DNA of 64,000 nucleotides from Camelus dromedarius (lineage: Eukaryota). Made by a program: the position numbers and the translations under genes. Location: the NCBI RefSeq assembly GCF_036321535.1, contig NC_087436.1:99698001-99762000 (forward strand), written 5' to 3'. The notes beneath the pieces are model-generated. The model searched no databases and was not told the DNA's origin. It saw nothing but the letters and a program-made list of their open reading frames with translations. Positions 61,321 to 64,000 of the stretch are shown here, piece by piece. The stretch's first letter is position 1; each line of letters starts with the position of its first letter.

Positions 61321-63259
61321 AAATTAAAAAGTAAAGATAAAGAAGTAAAAATTGAGTAGTTGAGGAAATGCTTCATGACAGTGATGGCCTTTGTGATGAC
61401 CTAAAACAATTGAAGAAAATGCTATGGAAAATCTGGGGAGGCTATTTCAACAGTATGAAAACTATGAAAAGGCACAAAAAAGATAAAATTGGCTGTGCTT
61501 CAGGAAGGGCAATTTTTTTTTGGAGAGCTCTGGGTATACACATGGGGCGTGTTTATGATGAAAGGGATATGTTAGATTGGGACTGTTCTGAATTGAAATG
61601 AGGACAAGCAAAAGCTTTACTTCTCCAAATGTTTCAAACTAGAGAAGACTAAGAATAAGAACCATCTATCATTCTTTTCCTAAACAAGCTTTCACCAGGC
61701 GTGAGATGAACTTGATGCCCTTAATAAGTCTTCTGTGTTTTCAATTTTTGCAACTCTGTGAACTTGCTTGGTGCTGTGTCTCCTGTAACTGTCCATGATA
61801 TGAACAAAATTAATTTCTGTCACTATCACCTTTGATTTTTACATTCAGTTGCTGTATATACTTAATCACTAACAGGGAATTTTGCCACTCATTATGTGCT
61901 TCTAACCTTAATTGCCAGTTTTGTGAGGGTGTGTGAGTGTGTGTTTACTTGTTTTCTAACCCACTGTTCCTTAACCTTTAATTAATCTTTGATCGTTGTT
62001 TTCGGTATAATATAAACACTGAATAACAGTGGCACTTCCATTTTGAACTCTTGACAATAGCACTAATTTCAACTCTGAAATAATGTAGAGAAAACACATG
62101 GGTGAAAGAGTGGAGTGCATTAGGGAAAGTCACCCTGTTCAAAACCCAGACAGCATCTTTTCTGAATAGCTTCCACTCGCAGTGAATTTCAGAAATTGGC
62201 CTGACATTATTAATATGTGTTAATAAATCCCCAAGCCAGTCAACTTCCTAGAAGTCAAAGGTTTCCAAGAAAATAAGATACAGTCTTCTATAAGTTATGC
62301 CGTCTCCTGATACATTTAGTTCATCCTAATTTAAAAAACATCTAAGACACAAAATGCCCATCTTGTGTGTAAATAAAATGTATCACATATTTCAGATACA
62401 CATGTAGAATTGGAGTTTATCTAAAATAGTAAATTAATGGGTCAAATTAGCCATTTCAAAGAAGTATTATAAGATATGAGATTGGACCCATAAACATGCT
62501 GGTGTTTCTTCCCATAGCCACTCATCCACCTACAAGGAAGACATACATTTCTTCTTGGAGGAAAATTTTCAAATTATCAGCATCAACACTGCTGCACATT
62601 GGCCCACTCAATGTACATTATACCATTGAATACTTAGCAATATTAATAACTGAAATAAAAGCTAGCATACCGTTTTTTAAAATACTGTGTTTATATAACA
62701 CTGTGAGAAATGACAAGACTTGTCGTTTTCACCTGAGCAACAATGACCTGCTTCATGGTAAATGGCTTAAGGTATAAATCAGGTTACATATACCATCAGT
62801 TAAGTTTTTCTTATTTTTCATCTATAGTAAACTAAAAATTCCTATCAAAGAATTATAACTGTCCAGGAATAGCAGAAATTGTTTGGTTTAGGAGATGAAA
62901 TATGCAAGGAAGAATTATGGATTTAGTCCTTCCTAAGGATTTAGGTTAAATCACACACTATGACCAGAGGTGTAACACATTTCAAGACTGGATGTTTGCA
63001 TGTTTCAACAAGGCAGTTTGGTGTAAAGTTCTAATATACTCTTGGATTCCTTTAGAGAATATTTTATCAGTTTTTATTTCAGAATTTGAACATAAATTTA
63101 ACAGTGCCCAGTTAATAATAGTCGCCTTTAGTTTCTTTCTGTAATGAGTAAAGAAAATAGTTAGCTGTTAAGGTATACTGAAAGTCTCAGTGGTTAAACC
63201 ATTTGAAGCATCATCAGTCTTAAAACAAATAAACTGACAAAAAAAGGACATCCATTTTT

Positions 63260-64000
63260 GCTAATATGATAAGCTAGTTATCTGCATTGCCCCTGTGCTG
63301 AAAAAACTAGTAATTCTGGATAAAATAGAAAATATTCCTGTTTAAAACCATCAGTTATCTGATAAAAATGCCAGAGACCCGAGCAGACAAGGAGTCAGAG
63401 CATGAGAGTGTTTCCCTGCAGCGATGATTTCACCAGAGGTCTTCCAGACCACTGGAACTTCAAATCAGCTGTGTAAGACATCTCAGGGAGGAGTTAAGAC
63501 CCAAGAATAGATCATCCACAGTGGGGTATGGAAGGAGCTCTTGAACACCTAAGCCAGAATCTCTCATGTTAAGTGAAAATATGAAATACATTTCTTGGGT
63601 ACTAAACGGAAAATTCATTCCTTTGTAACTTGTTGCCACTTGGAAAGTCCAATACTAATAATTGTAATAAACAAAAACATGTAAAAAGACTACTGAAAAT
63701 TTATATTCACAAAGTTCCTCTAATGCAGGTTTGTAGCCAAAATTCACAACTTCTATGAAGTCAAGAAGCCAAAAATCACAAATTGGAAATCTGACCAGGT
63801 GCCTCCAGGTGCTTGGCAGATGCAAAGGCAAAAGTTACCTTGGAGGAACTCAATTCTACTCAAGGTTGTGAAGAATTTCTAAAATAAATTTCGAGGGAAA
63901 ATTTTTTTAAAAGTTACAGTCAAAATAGATACAAATAAAAAATAAGAAGGAAACATGAGTGGAATCTGCACACAAAAAAATAGCAGAAACACACAAATGC
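63260..64000 (+). mobile_element. Old L1ME-type 5' region running off the window
   Basis: gaaaaaactagtaattctggataaaata...; becomes A-rich and ORF1-leader-like toward the end. Confidence 0.5.

Overview
AT-rich, CpG-depleted mammalian intergenic DNA. It is very probably camelid (camel/alpaca/llama), judged from two copies of the tRNA-derived camelid SINE (vic-1 type). I find no CpG island, no recognisable protein-coding exon, no tRNA/rRNA gene and no prokaryotic-type system. The supplied ORFs are chance ORFs or lie in repeats. Much of the window is old transposon debris: about 20 solo LTRs (ERV1, ERV2, ERVL and MaLR types, several with readable TSDs and several nested), L1 and L2 fragments, MIRs, hAT MITEs (MER33, MER58A, MER103, MER5) and microsatellites. 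Repeat family names come from my memory of consensus sequences and are approximate. The most unexplained structure is a diverged local duplication (4832-4961 and 6161-6295, with a possible partial third copy at about 5522-5628). Both clear copies keep an AATAAA, an ANANNA box, a stem-loop and a trailing ACA. Other items worth checking are an inverted pair of same-family LTRs 2 kb apart, a four-LTR nested cluster, a tandem STAT5-type GAS pair and a homeobox-motif-dense unique segment. I cannot support a claim of a new biological system from the sequence alone.
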